Shown piece after piece: positions 16,156-28,154 of a DNA stretch of 64,000 nt. The notes under the pieces are model-generated. The model had not been told where the DNA came from and made no database searches. It saw nothing but the letters and a program-made list of their open reading frames with translations. The position numbers and the translations under genes were made by a program. Origin of the DNA: Myxococcota bacterium (GTDB lineage: Bacteria > Myxococcota_A > UBA9042 > PHBI01 > JAWLBL01); the NCBI GenBank assembly GCA_041687695.1, contig JAWLBL010000024.1, positions 13,047-77,046 of the forward strand, written 5' to 3'. Within the stretch, counting starts at the first letter, position 1. Each line of letters begins with the position of its first letter.

Positions 16156-17856
16156 GTGAGTGAGACGCCGCTAAAGGTGCTGCCCCTGGGGGGCCTGGGT
16201 GAGATCGGCATGAACTGCATGCTGGTCGGACGCCGGGGGCGGTGGGTCATGGTCGACTGCGGGGTGCAGTTCCCCGACGTGTGGGAGCTGGGGGCCGAGC
16301 GGAAGCTGCCCGACCTGGGGCTCATCGAGAGCCTGGCCGACCAGATCGAGGCGGTGGTGATTACGCACGGCCACGAGGACCACATCGGGGCGCTGCCGTG
16401 GGTGCTGCCGCGCCTGAACGAGGGCACGCCGCTGTGGGCCAGCTCGTTCACCGAGCAGCTGATTCGGCGGCGGCTGACCGAGCACGGGCAGTGGTTCGAG
16501 GGGCGGGTGCAGCGCTTCGTCGTGGGCGAGCGGTTCCAGGCGGGGCCGTTCGAAATCGAGGGGCTGCGGGTGACGCACTCGCTGCCGGACTGCGCGTCGC
16601 TGGTGATGCGCAGCGAGGACGGGACGGTCCTGCACACGGGCGACTGGAAGATCGACGAGACCCCGATGGACGGGGAGCACTTCGACCGCGCCGGGTTCGA
16701 GCGGGTGGGGCGCGAGGGCGTCACGCTGATGCTCAGCGACTCGACGAACATCCGGACGCCCGGGCGGACGCGCAGCGAGCGCGAGGTGGGGACGGCGCTG
16801 CGGCGCGAGATCGAGGCCTGGGAGGGCCGGGTCATCGTGACGATGTTCGCGTCGAACCTGCATCGGCTGCGGGCGCTGGTCGAGGCGGCCGAGGCGACGG
16901 GGCGGAAGGTCGCGTTCGCCGGGCGGTCGCTGTGGTCGTATCTCGAGGCGGCGTGGCGGGACGGGCGGGCGCCCATCGAGCCGTCGCGGGTCGTCGACAT
17001 GGAGTACATCGAGTCGATGGACCCGCGCGAGGCGCTGGTGGTGACGACCGGGTCGCAGGGCGAGCGGAACGCCTCGCTCGGGCGTGCGGCCGAGGGCGAG
17101 CACCCCAAGCTGGTGGTCGGCAAGGGGGATCTGGTCCTGCACTCGGCGCGGGTCATCCCGGGCAACGAGGCGCGCGCCTATCAGATGTTCAACCAGCTGG
17201 GGACGCGCGGGGCCAAGGTCATCCACGGGTCGCGGACGGACATCCACACCTCGGGGCACGCGCAGCAGGACGAGCTGCGCGAGCTGCTCAACCTGGTGAA
17301 GCCGCAGCACTTCGTGCCGGTGCACGGCGAATACACCTTCTTGCAGGGGCACGCCGAGCTGGCGCGGCTGGCGGGTCGGCGGGCCACCGTGCTGCAGAAC
17401 GGCGAGACGCTGGCCGTGACGCGTCCGGCCGGCGGTGAGGGCGCGGCCGGCGAGTCGGCCGAGGCCGAGCGCGTCGGGATGGACACCCTCGAGGTCATCT
17501 ACAACGACGGGCCGGCGACGGGCGACCGCGCGGAGATGAAGCTGTCCGAGCGGCTGCGGGTCGCGTGGAACGGCGTCGTGGTCGTGGACCTCACGCTCGA
17601 GCGCGAGCCCGGCGGGCTGACCCGCGGCAAGGTGGCGGTCGAGACGCGCGCGATGTGGACCGACGACGGGCGCATCGAGGGCGAGATGGTCATCGCGGCC
17701 GAGCGGGCCGTGCACGGGTGTCCGGCGAGGACGCCGTTTGCCGAGATCCAGGAGGTCGTCCGCGCGGTCATCCGCCGCATCGCGAAGAAGCGGTTGGACA
17801 AGCGCCCGGACGTCATCATCGTGGCCCACGAGGGCCGGGTGGAGAAGACCGTTTGA
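16156..17856 (+). CDS. rnj: Ribonuclease J
   Basis: PLGGLGEIGMN, THGHEDHIG, HTGDWKID, HTSGHA and PVHGE. Confidence 0.95.
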   Translation: MSETPLKVLPLGGLGEIGMNCMLVGRRGRWVMVDCGVQFPDVWELGAERKLPDLGLIESLADQIEAVVITHGHEDHIGALPWVLPRLNEGTPLWASSFTEQLIRRRLTEHGQWFEGRVQRFVVGERFQAGPFEIEGLRVTHSLPDCASLVMRSEDGTVLHTGDWKIDETPMDGEHFDRAGFERVGREGVTLMLSDSTNIRTPGRTRSEREVGTALRREIEAWEGRVIVTMFASNLHRLRALVEAAEATGRKVAFAGRSLWSYLEAAWRDGRAPIEPSRVVDMEYIESMDPREALVVTTGSQGERNASLGRAAEGEHPKLVVGKGDLVLHSARVIPGNEARAYQMFNQLGTRGAKVIHGSRTDIHTSGHAQQDELRELLNLVKPQHFVPVHGEYTFLQGHAELARLAGRRATVLQNGETLAVTRPAGGEGAAGESAEAERVGMDTLEVIYNDGPATGDRAEMKLSERLRVAWNGVVVVDLTLEREPGGLTRGKVAVETRAMWTDDGRIEGEMVIAAERAVHGCPARTPFAEIQEVVRAVIRRIAKKRLDKRPDVIIVAHEGRVEKTV

Positions 17857-17864
17857 GCGCGCCG

Positions 17865-18536
17865 ATGCCATTGGGTGTTCCGCTGTCGCCCGTCCCCGAG
17901 GGCTTCCCCGGGCGGGTCGACTTCATCAAGTCCGCGCAGCGCCTGCAGGAGGCGCCGCACGTGCCGCTGCCCGAGATCTGCTTCTGCGGGCGCTCCAACG
18001 TCGGCAAGAGCTCGCTCATCAACGGCCTGTGCAACCGCAAGCAGCTGGCGCGCGTGTCCGGCACGCCGGGGCGGACGCGCCTCATCAACTTCTTCAACGT
18101 GCAGGACGAGGTCGTCCTGGCCGATCTGCCGGGCTACGGCTACGCCAAGGTCCCGGCGGCCATGCAGGCCGACTGGGGCAAGCACATCCAGGCCTACCTG
18201 GCGTCGCGCCCGCAGCTGGTCCTGGCCCTGATGCTGGTCGACATCCGGCGCGACCCCGAGGAGGAGGAGCAGCAGCTGTATTCCTGGTTCGCCCAGGGTG
18301 GCCGCCAGTGCTTGATAGTGGCTACGAAGGCCGATAAGGTGGCGGTCAGTCGCCGCAAGCAACGTTTGACGGCGATCGCGAGCGCGCTCGAGGTCCCCAG
18401 GCGGGACGTCGTCGCCTTCTCGGCGCTGACCAAAGAGGGGAAGGACCTCCTCTGGGGCGCCATCCTGGCCCAGGCCAAGCGAGCCCAAGTGAGCTCCTCA
18501 GCGAGTTCCGAAGCGAGCCCCGAGGCGAGCGAATGA
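17865..18536 (+). CDS. engB: Ribosome biogenesis GTPase YihA/YsxC
   Basis: GRSNVGKSSLIN, PGRT, DLPGYGYA and TKADK. Confidence 0.95.
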   Translation: MPLGVPLSPVPEGFPGRVDFIKSAQRLQEAPHVPLPEICFCGRSNVGKSSLINGLCNRKQLARVSGTPGRTRLINFFNVQDEVVLADLPGYGYAKVPAAMQADWGKHIQAYLASRPQLVLALMLVDIRRDPEEEEQQLYSWFAQGGRQCLIVATKADKVAVSRRKQRLTAIASALEVPRRDVVAFSALTKEGKDLLWGAILAQAKRAQVSSSASSEASPEASE

Positions 18537-18699
18537 GGATCCCGGCGGTCCCAGGCGCGCCCTCCGGGTCGCGACACCGCTTGTTCGTTGCAGCGCCTGC
18601 CAGACCGAACCTCGACACCGCGGGTCGCCCCTCGGCCGAGCCCTCGCGCGCCCAATCGCGCGCCGGCTCGCGTCTGCAGGCGGCCCGGCCACCCAGAGC

Positions 18700-19203
18700 A
18701 TGCTGAGCCCCGACGAAGTCACCATCGAGCCGATGCGTCCCGAGGACATCGAGGACATCCTGAGCATCGAGCAGGCCTCCTTCGACGACCCGTGGACCGA
18801 GGACACCTTCCGCTCCGAGCTGCGCCACTGCTGGTCGCAGTGCCGCGTCCTGCGGCGGCGCGAGGACGGGCGCGTGGTCGGCTACCTGGTGTTCTGGACC
18901 GTCGTCGACGAGGTCCACCTGCTGAACCTGGCGGTCAAGCCGGGCGAGCGGCACCACCAGAAGGGCCGCATGCTGCTCGACTACCTGGTCGCGTACGCCT
19001 GCGAGCACCACGCGCGCTTCATCACGCTCGAGGTGCGGCGCTCCAACGAGGCCGCCATCTCGCTGTACGAGCGCGGCGGCTTCCGGCAGGTGGGCGTGCG
19101 GCCGAGCTACTACCAGAGCAACGGCGAGGACGCGGTCGTGATGCTGTACGACTGCGGGTCCAACAGCAACGTCGCCGCCCTGCCCGCCGCCTCGGAAGGG
19201 TAG
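18700..19203 (+). CDS. rimI: Ribosomal protein S18-alanine N-acetyltransferase
   Basis: IEQASFDDPW, LNLAV, LEVRRSNEAAISLY and YY...EDAVVM. Confidence 0.92.
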   Translation: MLSPDEVTIEPMRPEDIEDILSIEQASFDDPWTEDTFRSELRHCWSQCRVLRRREDGRVVGYLVFWTVVDEVHLLNLAVKPGERHHQKGRMLLDYLVAYACEHHARFITLEVRRSNEAAISLYERGGFRQVGVRPSYYQSNGEDAVVMLYDCGSNSNVAALPAASEG

Positions 19204-19210
19204 CGGGCGC

Positions 19211-19888
19211 GTGAGGGCGACCCTCCCCGGCAGCGGCCTGTACGCCATCCTGGACGACCGGCACGTGCCGCTCGGCGCGTTCCCGGGCGCGGCGCGCGTG
19301 CTGGCGGCCGCCGGCTGTCCGCTGGTGCAGCTGCGCATGAAGGGCGCCGACGACCGGGCGCGCCTGGACGCGCAGCGGGCGGTCGCGGCGGCGCTCATCG
19401 GCACGCAGGCCGTGCTGGTGGTCAACGACCGGCCGGACCTGGCGGCGATCCTGCACGCCGAGACGGCCGGCGGCGTGCGCGTCGGCCTGCACCTGGGGCA
19501 GGACGACCTGCCGCCCGAGGTGGCGCGGCGCGTGGTCGGGCCGCAGGTGCTCATCGGGCTGTCGACCCACGACGAGGCGCAGGCCCGGGCGGCGGCGAGC
19601 GCGCCGGTGGACTACGTCGGGTTCGGGCCCGTGTTCGCGACGCGCAGCAAGGAGCGCCCGGACCCGGTGGTCGGCCTGGACGGGCTGGCGCGGGCGGTCG
19701 GGGCGTCGGCGCACCCGGTGGTGGCCATCGGTGGGCTGGACGGGCCGCGGGCGGTCCAGGCGAGGGGAGCGGGTGCGTGGACGGTGGCGATGATCGCGGC
19801 GCTGTACGAGGGGCTGGACCTCGGGACGACGGCGGGGCTCGAGGCGCTGCGGGCGCGGGCGGCCGGGCTGCAGGAGCGGCTCGCGTGA
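19211..19888 (+). CDS. thiE: Thiamine-phosphate synthase
   Basis: [32 protein letters not shown] and VAIGG. Confidence 0.93.
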   Translation: MRATLPGSGLYAILDDRHVPLGAFPGAARVLAAAGCPLVQLRMKGADDRARLDAQRAVAAALIGTQAVLVVNDRPDLAAILHAETAGGVRVGLHLGQDDLPPEVARRVVGPQVLIGLSTHDEAQARAAASAPVDYVGFGPVFATRSKERPDPVVGLDGLARAVGASAHPVVAIGGLDGPRAVQARGAGAWTVAMIAALYEGLDLGTTAGLEALRARAAGLQERLA

Positions 19889-20799
19889 GCGCGGCCGAGC
19901 GGGACAAGGTCTGGACGGTGCTCGAGACGCTGACCTGGACGGCCGAGTTCTTCGGGCGGCAGGGGGCGCTGTCGCCGCGGCTGGACGCCGAGCTGCTGCT
20001 GGCCGAGACGCTGGGGCTCAAGCGGATTCAGCTGTACGTGCAGTACGACCGGCCGCTGACCGAGGACGAGCGGGCGCGCTACCGCGAGCTGGTCAAGCGG
20101 CGCGGGCGGGGCGAGCCGGTGCAGTACATCCTGGGGCGGCAGGAGTTCTGGTCGCAGAGCTTCGAGGTGGGGCCGGGCATCCTGGTGCCGCGGCCCGACA
20201 CCGAGGTGCTGGTCGAGGAGGCCCTGGCCGAGGCCAAGCGGATCGCCGAGGCGACCGGTCGAGCGGCGCTGCGGATCGCGGACGTCGGGACCGGCTCGGG
20301 CGCCATCGCGGCGGCGGTGGCCAGCGAGCTGCCCGAGGCGCGGGTCTGGGCCGGGGACATCGCGCGCGAGCCGCTGGAGGTGGCGCCGCGGAACCTGGCG
20401 GCGGCCGGGGTGGGCGACCGGGTGGCGGTCGTGCACGCGGATGGGCTGGGGCCGCTGTGGGAGGCGGCAGGGCGCGAGCCGTTCGATCTGGTGCTGTCGA
20501 ACCCGCCGTACATCCGCGCGGGCGAGTACGCCGGGCTGATGCGCGAGGTGCGGGACTTCGAGCCGCGCGGGGCGTTGGTGGCGGGGGCGGACGGGCTGGA
20601 GGTGATCCGGCCGCTGGTCGCGGAGGCGGCGCGCGAGGGGGGCCTGGCGCCTGGCGGGGCGCTGGCCGTGGAGATCGGCGACCGGCCGCAGGCCGAGGAG
20701 GTCGCGGAGCTGATGCGGGGGGCCGGGTTCGAGGCGGTGCGTGTCCGGGACGACTACGCCGGGATGGCGCGCGTGGTGGTGGGGCGGCGGCCCGCCTGA
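19885..20799 (+). CDS. prmC: Release factor glutamine methyltransferase
   Basis: GEPVQYILG, LVPRPDTE, DVGTGSG and SNPPYI. Confidence 0.95.
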   Translation: MSAAERDKVWTVLETLTWTAEFFGRQGALSPRLDAELLLAETLGLKRIQLYVQYDRPLTEDERARYRELVKRRGRGEPVQYILGRQEFWSQSFEVGPGILVPRPDTEVLVEEALAEAKRIAEATGRAALRIADVGTGSGAIAAAVASELPEARVWAGDIAREPLEVAPRNLAAAGVGDRVAVVHADGLGPLWEAAGREPFDLVLSNPPYIRAGEYAGLMREVRDFEPRGALVAGADGLEVIRPLVAEAAREGGLAPGGALAVEIGDRPQAEEVAELMRGAGFEAVRVRDDYAGMARVVVGRRPA

Positions 20800-20906
20800 G
20801 CGCGCCGCGGGTTACGAACGGGGCTGCGGACAATTTCGCGGGGCTCTGTTAAGGTGCGGGCCGTGACGTCGCTGCGGGCGACGCGAGGGGAGCGCACAGG
20901 CAGGCC

Positions 20907-22520
20907 ATGGCGAAGCTCATCGTTCAGCTCGAGACGGGGCGGCGGCGCGAACACGAGCTCGGCGCCACGAACACCGTGGGGCGCCACCCGATGCAGACCG
21001 TGCAGGTGCTCGATCCGCAGGTCAGCAAAGAGCACCTGGTGCTCGAGCGGCTGCTGGGCGGGCGCTGGATGCTGCGGGACCTGGGCAGCCTGAATGGCAC
21101 CTTCGTCAACGACGAGCTGGTCAGCGGGTCGGTGCGCATCCGCAACCGCGACCGCATCGTCATCGGCTCGACGCAGATGGTGTTCCTGGACCCGACGGCG
21201 GCGGCGACGGGCGACCACAAGGTCACCATCGGCGACAACCTCGAGTCCAGCATCTACGAGACGGCGGCCGAGCCGGACGCGAGCGAGTTCCTGCCGGTCG
21301 AGCGCATCGACGACGCCGAGGTGCTCAAGCGCGACTACGAGCGGCTGCGGCTGGCGGCGCGGCTCAACCAGGAGATCGCGCTCGAGGTGCGGCAGGACCG
21401 ACTGCTGCCGCGCATCCTCCAGAACCTGATGAGCGTGCTCAAGGCCGACCGCGGCGTCATCCTGCTGGCCGAGCAGCCCGGGGCGCCGCTGGAGCCGCGG
21501 GCGGTGCGCGTGCGCGGGGACATCCCGACGGACGAGGCGATCTCGCTGTCGAAGACCATCCTGAACAAGGTGCTCAAGGAGCGGACCGCGCTCATCACCA
21601 ACGACGCGCAGAAGGACGACCGCTTCTCGAGCGCGCACAGCGTCATCCTGGCGGGGATCCGGTCGACCATGTGCGCGCCGCTGATTACGCGCGACAAGCA
21701 GGTCATCGGCGTCATCCACCTGGACAGCCTGTACAAGCCGAACGCGTTCACCGAGCGGGATCTCAGCGTGCTGCAGGGCGTGGCGCAGGCCGCGGCGATC
21801 GCCATCGAGAACAGCCGCCTGGTCGAGCGCATCGAGAAGGAGGCCGTCACGCGCCAGAAGTTCGAGAAGATGCTGTCGCCCAACCTGGTCGAGCGCGTCA
21901 TCTCGGGGCAGCTGAAGATCGAGAAGGGCGGCGAGCTGAGGAACGTGACCGTGATGTTCACGGACATCCGCGGGTTCACGGAGCTGAGCGAGCATGCGCC
22001 GCCGCAGCACGTGGTCAAGCTGCTCAACGAGTACTTCGAGCTGGTGGTCGACATCGTGTTCGACTTCGACGGGACGCTCGACAAGTACATCGGCGACAGC
22101 GTGATGGCGGTGTGGGGCGCGCCGGTGGGCGACCCGGACGGGCCCGAGAAGGCGGCGCGGGCGGCGATCGAGATCCAGAAGGCGATGGCGCAGTTCAACG
22201 AGCTGCGGCGATTGGACGGGATGGCCGAGCTGCACACGGGCATCGGCATCGACACCGGCGAGATCGTGGCGGGCTACATGGGCTCGTCGAAGACGATGAG
22301 CTACACGGTGGTCGGCGCCAGCGTGAACCGGGCCAGCCGCCTGTGCTCGGCGGCGGGCGAGGGCGAGATCCTGCTGAGCGACCACACCTACAAGCTGCTG
22401 GGTGGGGCGGTCGAGGCGGACCCGCGGGCGCCGCTGCGGCTCAAGGGGATCAGCGGCGAGACGCCGAACTGGTCGGTGCGCGACTGCTGGACGCGGCGGG
22501 TCCCGGTCAAGATCGCGTAG
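20907..22520 (+). CDS. FHA-GAF class III adenylate/guanylate cyclase
   Basis: FHA (GR, VSKEH, SLNGT), a GAF domain, and cyclase motifs FTDIRGFT, DKYIGD and VNRASRL. Confidence 0.92.
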   Translation: MAKLIVQLETGRRREHELGATNTVGRHPMQTVQVLDPQVSKEHLVLERLLGGRWMLRDLGSLNGTFVNDELVSGSVRIRNRDRIVIGSTQMVFLDPTAAATGDHKVTIGDNLESSIYETAAEPDASEFLPVERIDDAEVLKRDYERLRLAARLNQEIALEVRQDRLLPRILQNLMSVLKADRGVILLAEQPGAPLEPRAVRVRGDIPTDEAISLSKTILNKVLKERTALITNDAQKDDRFSSAHSVILAGIRSTMCAPLITRDKQVIGVIHLDSLYKPNAFTERDLSVLQGVAQAAAIAIENSRLVERIEKEAVTRQKFEKMLSPNLVERVISGQLKIEKGGELRNVTVMFTDIRGFTELSEHAPPQHVVKLLNEYFELVVDIVFDFDGTLDKYIGDSVMAVWGAPVGDPDGPEKAARAAIEIQKAMAQFNELRRLDGMAELHTGIGIDTGEIVAGYMGSSKTMSYTVVGASVNRASRLCSAAGEGEILLSDHTYKLLGGAVEADPRAPLRLKGISGETPNWSVRDCWTRRVPVKIA

Positions 22521-22539
22521 GGACCCGGGCCGGCTGGAA

Positions 22540-22710
22540 GAGGGTGTCCTATTGATGCCGGCGGAGGCGCCGTGGAGTGCTGTGGCTTGCCGGAGCCTCG
22601 GCCCCGGCGGCTTGCCGCCGGGATCTGGCCGCCAACCCGGCGCAGCAAGCTGCGCCGGATGGGGGCTCCACCAAGGTGGAGCACTCCGGTTGGCCTCTTG
22701 CGACACCCTC
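22540..22710. mobile_element. MITE-like element 1 (171 bp) with TGGAA target-site duplication
   Basis: Ends GAGGGTGTC...GACACCCTC, TGGAA at 22535 and 22711, nested internal hairpins. A related copy starts at 63960. Confidence 0.8.
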
Positions 22711-22787
22711 TGGAAGCCGGCAGTCCCAGCAGGGCGGCGCTAGCATGGGCACTGAACCGGGCTGGGAGCCGGCGATCCCTGGGGGCC

Positions 22788-23753
22788 CTAGAAGTAGTAG
22801 AGGGCCTGGACGGCGGCCTGGGGGAACATGATGACGCGGTCGGGGTGGTCCTGGTTGACCGAGGTCAGAAAGGCCACGCCGGCGAAGACGTCGAAGTGGT
22901 TGGAGGCGGCCCAGCTGAGGCCGAGGTCGACGTGGAGGTGCTGACCGAGCTCGTAGAGGGCGCGGAAGGAGCCGAGCTCGGGGCCGAGGCGCTCGTCGCG
23001 GCCGAAGGGCGTCATCATGCCGACGCCGAGGACCGGGGTGATGGCGCGGCGGAAGCCGAGGAAGCGGACCCGCGTGTCGAGGGTGCGGAAGACCAGGCCG
23101 ACGCTGACCTCGAAGGAGACGTGCTCGTCGCGGAGCCAGCCGAGGGTGAGGGCGGTGACCCCGTCGAAGCCGAGGCCGAGGCCGACGCCGAGCTTGCGGC
23201 CGGCGCGGGGGCCGGGGTCGGGGGGCGGCACGACGGGGTCGGCGGCGCGGTGGAGGCTCGGGTCGGTCATGGCGCCGGGCGCCGCCGGGGGCTCGGGCGG
23301 CGTGGGCGGGTCGGGCGGGCGGTGCTCGGGGGGCTTGTCGGCGGGCGGCGGCGTGTCGGGCAGGCGCGGCGGCGGCGGGGTGGGGGAGACGCCCGTCTGC
23401 ATGCGCTGAACGAAGGCGGCGTCGTCGAGCAGGGTCGGATCGAGCTGGGCGGCCTTCTGCCAGCACTCGCGGGCCTCGGCGGCCGAGCCGATGGTGGAGA
23501 GCTTGTCGCCCAGCCCCAGGTAGGCCTGGGCGCAGACCTTGCGCGTGTCGAGCTCGAGCGGCCGCTGGGCCTGCTGGGCCTCGTGCTCGGCCAGCTCGCA
23601 CTGCACGACGGCGCTGCCGTGGCGGCCGGCCTCGAGGGCCTGTTGGGCGAGGGCGCGTTGCTGGGCCTCGTCGGCGTGGGCGCGCGGGGCGGCGCCGAGG
23701 ACGAGGGCGGCCATCGCGAGGGCCAGCGCGTGGGGGTGGGGTCGTACGGTCAT
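22788..23753 (-). CDS. Exported protein: TPR-like N-terminus, Pro-rich linker, beta-rich C-terminus ending YYF
   Basis: Signal peptide ending AHA, WQKAAQLDP TPR-like segment, terminal Phe. Coupled to the tdk stop. Confidence 0.65.
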   Translation of the reverse strand: MTVRPHPHALALAMAALVLGAAPRAHADEAQQRALAQQALEAGRHGSAVVQCELAEHEAQQAQRPLELDTRKVCAQAYLGLGDKLSTIGSAAEARECWQKAAQLDPTLLDDAAFVQRMQTGVSPTPPPPRLPDTPPPADKPPEHRPPDPPTPPEPPAAPGAMTDPSLHRAADPVVPPPDPGPRAGRKLGVGLGLGFDGVTALTLGWLRDEHVSFEVSVGLVFRTLDTRVRFLGFRRAITPVLGVGMMTPFGRDERLGPELGSFRALYELGQHLHVDLGLSWAASNHFDVFAGVAFLTSVNQDHPDRVIMFPQAAVQALYYF

Positions 23754-24364
23754 CAGAGCCTCTCGAGCTGATCCAGGCTCGGGTCGAGCGGCATGTCGAG
23801 CTGTCGGGCGAGATCGGGCTCGAAACAGCGGCGGCATCGCGGCTCGTAGATCTCGGCGGCGCCCACCAGGACGCGGTTGCCGCTGGCGACGAGGCGCTGC
23901 GAGCGGTTGGCCGGGGCGCCGCAGCGGACGCAGACGGCGAGGGTCTTGGTGACGTACTCGGCGATGGCCATCAGCTGGGGCATCGGATCGAAGGGCCGGC
24001 CGCGGTAGTCCTGATCGAGCCCGGCGACGAGGACGCGCTTGCCGAGGTTGGCGAGGCGGTCGACCACGTCGACGATGCCCGGATCGAAGAACTGGACCTC
24101 GTCGATGCCGACGACCTCGGTGCGGTCGTGGACGGCCTTGACGATCTCCTCGGACGAGGCGACCAGGGTGGCCGGGATGCGGAGATCGGAGTGGCTGGTG
24201 ACGTCCGCGTCACCCGAGCGGGTGTCGACCGCCGGCTTGAAGACCTGCACGCGCTGGCGGGCGAGGCGCGCGCGGCGCAGGCGGCGGATGAGCTCCTCGG
24301 ATTTCCCGGAGAACATGCTCCCGCAGATGACCTCGATCTGACCCATCGGGTGGCGGCTGTACAT
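23753..24364 (-). CDS. tdk: Thymidine kinase
   Basis: ICGSMFSGKSEELIRR, IDEVQFF, AGLDQDYRG and Zn-binding CVRC/CRRC. Confidence 0.96.
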   Translation of the reverse strand: MYSRHPMGQIEVICGSMFSGKSEELIRRLRRARLARQRVQVFKPAVDTRSGDADVTSHSDLRIPATLVASSEEIVKAVHDRTEVVGIDEVQFFDPGIVDVVDRLANLGKRVLVAGLDQDYRGRPFDPMPQLMAIAEYVTKTLAVCVRCGAPANRSQRLVASGNRVLVGAAEIYEPRCRRCFEPDLARQLDMPLDPSLDQLERL

Positions 24365-24523
24365 GCGCGCGACCTTAGCAGAGCGGATGGCGCGGGTCAG
24401 CCCCCGTGGACGGTCGGGCCCGGACGCACATCGGACACGCACACGCGTGCTTGGTAGGCGCCGCGAAGCGGTGTTAGGGTGCGCGCCGCTCGCGACCCGA
24501 AGGGGAAAGAAGAGGCGATCCGG

Positions 24524-26944
<2,421 letters not shown>

Positions 26945-26953
<9 letters not shown>

Positions 26954-27119
26954 CCGCTCAGATTGAGCCACCAAGGGAGGAGTCCGCGAAGTCGCTACAA
27001 CGCGGGTCCAGGGGCGCAGCCCCTGTGGAGGCGATGCCTGCGCATCGCCGAGCATCGACAACGACGTTCAGCGACGTCGCGGGCCCGACCGACTGGCTCA
27101 AGCTGGGCGGCCACCGCTC
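26945..27119. mobile_element. MITE-like element 2 (175 bp) inserted in the last codons of leuS
   Basis: 26-bp terminal inverted repeats (26945-26970 / 27094-27119, 3 mismatches), GTG duplicated at 26942 and 27120, internal hairpin caggggc-gca-gcccctg. Confidence 0.8.
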
Positions 27120-27136
27120 GTGAGGTAAGGGTTTAG

Positions 27137-27685
27137 ATGCGCTTCGAGAAGGACAGCAAGGTCACGCACCCGGCGCGGGTCGTCGTCGAGACGATGATGG
27201 ACCGGATGGACGAGATCCTCCCGCACCTCGGGGCGGTCGAGAGCATCCAGACCATCAGCCGCGAGACGTTGGCGGACGGGCGCGAGCACATCGTGCGCCG
27301 CTGGCAGGGCACGGCCGACAGCGCCCCGGCGGCCGTGCGGCCGTTCCTGTCGCGCGAGGCCCTGGCGTGGACGGACGACGCCGTCTGGTCGCCGGGCGAG
27401 TTCAAGGTCGATTGGACGCTGTCGACCAAGTTGAGCAAGCTCTACACCTGCGGCGGGACGAACTACTTCCTGCCGCACCCCGACGACCCCGACAACGCGA
27501 CGCTGATTCGCATCACGGGCGATCTCGTGGTGCAGCCGGACAAGCTGCCGGGCGTGCCGACGCTCATCGGGCGGAAGCTGGCGCCGCAGGTCGAGAAGTT
27601 CGTCGTCAACCTCATCTCGCCGAACCTGACCGAGACGGCGCGCGGGATACAGGCGTACCTGGATGAGCGACGCAAGGCAGGCTGA
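27137..27685 (+). CDS. START/SRPBCC-like (DUF2505-like) protein
   Basis: Strong codon bias. The size and beta-rich pattern with a C-terminal helix fit this fold. Confidence 0.6.
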   Translation: MRFEKDSKVTHPARVVVETMMDRMDEILPHLGAVESIQTISRETLADGREHIVRRWQGTADSAPAAVRPFLSREALAWTDDAVWSPGEFKVDWTLSTKLSKLYTCGGTNYFLPHPDDPDNATLIRITGDLVVQPDKLPGVPTLIGRKLAPQVEKFVVNLISPNLTETARGIQAYLDERRKAG

Positions 27686-28154
27686 GCGCGGCCGGTCGGC
27701 CGTCGACCGCGCGGGCAGCGTGCGCGTGACGGCGGCGCGGCTGGGGGCGGCGCTGGGGGCCTGCGGGGCGCCCGCGGTGGCGCACGGGGCCGTCTGGGCC
27801 GGCATCGGCGACGCGCGGGCCTGGGTCGGGCTGGTGGCGATGGCGGTCGGGGCGCTGCTGGGCGCGCTGACCTGGCCCGTCTTCCAGCCGCCGGGCGAGA
27901 CGGGCGCCGGGACCGAGCGGCCGGGCATCGGGTTCTCGGCGCTGTTCGCCGGGTGCGTGTCGCTGGTCGCGGGGGCGTTCGCGGCCTTCCCCATGGGCGC
28001 CGTCATCGGGACGGCGGGGGGGCTGGTCGGCGGGGCGACCGTGGCGCTGGCGTGGCGGCTGACGCAGGGGCTGGGGCCGACGGTGCGGCCGCTGGTGGCG
28101 TTCGTGGCGGGCGGCGTGGCGGCCTGGGTGGTCGCGCGGATGGTGACGATGTGA
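27663..28154 (+). CDS. Small integral membrane protein
   Basis: Several hydrophobic G/A-rich helices. Overlaps both neighbours. Confidence 0.55.
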   Translation: MSDARQAERGRSAVDRAGSVRVTAARLGAALGACGAPAVAHGAVWAGIGDARAWVGLVAMAVGALLGALTWPVFQPPGETGAGTERPGIGFSALFAGCVSLVAGAFAAFPMGAVIGTAGGLVGGATVALAWRLTQGLGPTVRPLVAFVAGGVAAWVVARMVTM

